Assembly (NCBI RefSeq): GCF_965277525.1
Contig: NZ_CBDIDC010000011.1
Span: 687,068-751,067, forward strand
From: Flavobacterium sp.
GTDB lineage: Bacteria > Bacteroidota > Bacteroidia > Flavobacteriales > Flavobacteriaceae
Direction of reading: 5' to 3'
Length of the DNA: 64,000 nt
In this document: piece after piece, positions 62,235 to 64,000 of the stretch
How the letters are laid out: each line of letters begins with the position of its first letter
Position numbering within the stretch: the stretch's first letter is position 1
Made by a program: the position numbers and the translations under genes
The notes under the pieces: generated by a model
Databases searched by the model: none
What the model was told of the DNA's origin: nothing
What the model saw: only the letters and a program-made list of their open reading frames with translations

Positions 62235-62955
62235 ATGAAAAAAATCATCACTAAAATTACGCAGGCCCATGGTGGTATCCAAAGATGGAACAAACTTGAA
62301 AAAGTAACAGCTCAAATGAGGAGCAGCGGAAAGTTTTTTGAGTTAAGGGGACTTGCCCCTGACGACTCTATTCGTGAGATGACGGTTTTTCTACATGAGA
62401 AAAAAGCGTCGTTATGGCCATTCGGATCAATTGATAAACGAATCAGTTTTGCTTGTAGCCGTATTGCCGTTGAGACAATATGCGGCGAATTATTGCTCAA
62501 GCGTACCGGAACACTAGAAAAGACAAACAACCCTATGACAGGTGACAGCTGGGATGTACTGGACAGGGCTAATTTTAACGGCTATGCATCATGGAATTAG
62601 CTTACCACTCCTTCTCTTTATGCTTATGGCTGGAATTGAATTGGAGCAGTTGCCGAGTGAAGAACATCAGGGTGAGCAATGGCATAAAATAAAAGTTCTC
62701 TTCTCTGATAGTATTGCCGGCCATAGCGCCATGAAACATTTCTATTTTGGGCCTGATTATCTGCTCAGAAGGCTTGATTACACTGTGAATGTTGCCGGTA
62801 CATTTCAGGCAGCGCAATTGGTATCTGATTTTATTGAAGTCGATGGCATAAAACTGCCAACAAAACGAAGAGCTTATAAAATGCAGAGTAATGGAGAACC
62901 GGATTTAAACGAACTGATGTTAGCTTTTGATTTTGAAACAGTTGCATTCTTTTAA
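62235..62955 (+). pseudogene. hypothetical protein gene split by a frameshift near 62590-62605
   Basis: ORFs 62235..62600 and 62542..62955 overlap in different frames. ...ANFNGYASWN* continues plausibly as ...ISLPLLLFMLMAGIELEQL... in the second frame. Confidence 0.45.
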
Positions 62956-63003
62956 ATAACGATCGACTGTTTACATATTGGTTGCACAGGCTTAATCCTC
63001 AAT

Positions 63004-63042
63004 GACTTTTTAAACAAAATAAATAGACTTTTTAAACAAAAT
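63004..63042. repeat. two tandem copies of gactttttaaacaaaat (22-bp period) upstream of the SDR gene
   Basis: Copies at 63004-63020 and 63026-63042, 56 nt upstream of the ATG at 63098. Confidence 0.6.
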
Positions 63043-63097
63043 CACTAATCTCATATCAATCTAATTTTGTCCTATAACATTTTAAATATAAAAAAAA

Positions 63098-64000
63098 ATG
63101 AAAACTAATAATTATCAAGGAGCCTTACAACAGCCACTAGGTTCGGGATTTAACGAAAAATCAACAGCAAGCGATGTAATTAAAGGCAAAGACCTAACAG
63201 GCAAAATCGCGATTGTCACAGGAGGAAATGCAGGTATCGGTCTGGAAACTACCAAAACACTTGCAGCTGCGGGTGCTACGGTTATAGTACCGGCAAGGGA
63301 TCTGGAAAAAGCCAGAAAAAATCTTGAAGGAGTTGAAAATGTAGAAATCGAGGTTATGGATATTATGGATCCATTGTCTATAGATGCATTTGCTAAAAAA
63401 TTCCTCTTGTCAGAGAGACCACTGCATCTTCTTATCAACAATGCCGGAATTATGTGGGTACCGCTTCGTAGGGACAGCAGAGGGATTGAATCTCAATTGG
63501 CGACCAACTATGTTGGTCAGTATCATTTGACAGCCAGATTATTTCCTGCACTTAAAAAAGCTGACGGGGCAAGGGTAATCAATGTATCATCTTTAGGACA
63601 CCAGATGGCACCTTTTAATTTCGAGGACCCTAATTTCCTTCACAGGGAATATGAAACCCTGCAGGGTTACGGTCAGTCAAAAACAGGAAGTAATCTGTTT
63701 TCCCTTGAACTTGACAATCGTGCAAAAGCATATAATGTTAGGGCCTACTCGGTACACCCGGGTTCAATTGCAGGTACCGAATTAGGCAGAGAAGCTTCAT
63801 TGGAGTTGTTCCAAAAAATGGGTTTTCTCGATGCAGATGGAAATATGAATCCTGAGGTAGCGGCTAAACTAAAATCAATTGAGCAGGGAGCTGCTACTAC
63901 TGTGTGGTGTGCTACAAGTTCTTTACTTGATTCTATTGGAGGGGTTTACTGTGAAGATGCAGATATCGCCAGATTAGCTGATGGTGTGGAGAGTGTCGGA
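63098..64000 (+). CDS. short-chain dehydrogenase/reductase (SDR), 3' end outside the window
   Basis: The ATG at 63098 is in frame to the window edge (301 codons, no stop). TGGNAGIG cofactor motif, NNAG, and YGQSK (YxxxK). It is absent from the ORF track because it has no stop. Confidence 0.85.
   Translation, partial: MKTNNYQGALQQPLGSGFNEKSTASDVIKGKDLTGKIAIVTGGNAGIGLETTKTLAAAGATVIVPARDLEKARKNLEGVENVEIEVMDIMDPLSIDAFAKKFLLSERPLHLLINNAGIMWVPLRRDSRGIESQLATNYVGQYHLTARLFPALKKADGARVINVSSLGHQMAPFNFEDPNFLHREYETLQGYGQSKTGSNLFSLELDNRAKAYNVRAYSVHPGSIAGTELGREASLELFQKMGFLDADGNMNPEVAAKLKSIEQGAATTVWCATSSLLDSIGGVYCEDADIARLADGVESVG

Noticed and set aside
63115-63441. Minus-strand 108-aa ORF
   Set aside because: It is antisense to the SDR gene, whose TGGNAGIG and YGQSK motifs make the plus frame unambiguous.
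40453-64000. Search for the missing tRNA body or an intact tRNA to the right of the 3'-end fragment
   Set aside because: No intergenic region in this span contains a T-loop/acceptor-like sequence or a GC-rich ~75-nt cloverleaf candidate. A scan by eye cannot exclude a diverged fragment inside coding regions.

Overview
The window looks like a low-GC Bacteroidota accessory region, probably Flavobacteriia. Supporting signs are T9SS-type C-terminal sorting domains, many Cys-lipoproteins and TAnnTTTG-like promoter boxes; the taxon is an inference. I found no rRNA, no intact tRNA and no CRISPR array.

**Layout**
1. **1-31.7 kb: polymorphic-toxin and immunity island.**
   - It holds four 5'-truncated Rhs/YD C-terminal 'orphan' toxin modules, starting at 10820, 20448, 22924 and 24823.
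   - Each module has a cognate-looking immunity gene. Long runs of orphan immunity-like genes lie at 16.1-19.5 kb (minus strand) and 26.7-32.1 kb (plus strand).
2. **Three insertions in that island.**
   - (a) A ~9.4 kb integrase-rich, replicon-like module at ~1.06-10.5 kb. It encodes a 544-aa protein with right-hand-polymerase palm-like motifs and a 1.1 kb non-coding region with ATAGA iteron-like repeats and a GC-rich block. It also carries two tandem pairs of tyrosine-recombinase genes, each pair one canonical plus one catalytically degenerate, a degenerate Toprim-like protein, a P-loop helicase-like protein and an XRE regulator.
   - (b) An IS21-family element at 13419-16008 with a TACA target duplication, inserted at the start of a small membrane-protein gene.
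   - (c) A decayed IS1-family transposase gene with an in-frame TGA, beside a 91-bp perfect repeat.
3. **32.1-40.45 kb: integrative mobilizable element.**
   - Mobilisation genes are a MobC-type accessory protein, a MOB relaxase and an oriT-like palindrome.
   - Cargo is an ApeA-like HEPN defence gene and an XRE regulator divergent from a three-gene cassette (a HEPN-like protein plus two small paralogs).
   - A large serine recombinase sits at the right end. The last ~25 codons of its ORF run through a minus-strand terminator hairpin and a 23-nt tRNA 3'-end fragment.
4. **41.4-64 kb: visibly GC-richer, core-like chromosome.**
   - A minus-strand envelope or secreted-protein operon: HExxH protein, Sel1/T9SS protein, transglutaminase-like protein and O-antigen-ligase-like/TPR protein.
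   - HxlR-controlled redox and detoxification genes, an esterase, an AraC regulator and a 973-aa T9SS-secreted sugar dehydrogenase/CBM/PKD protein.
   - A frameshifted gene, and an SDR gene running off the right edge.

**Most interesting candidate:** the polymerase-like, iteron-bearing, multi-recombinase module at 1.06-10.5 kb, a possible self-replicating integrative element. The uncharacterised XRE-linked HEPN-like cassette at 36.3-38.5 kb comes second.

All functional calls rest on motif reading by eye. No database search was possible.
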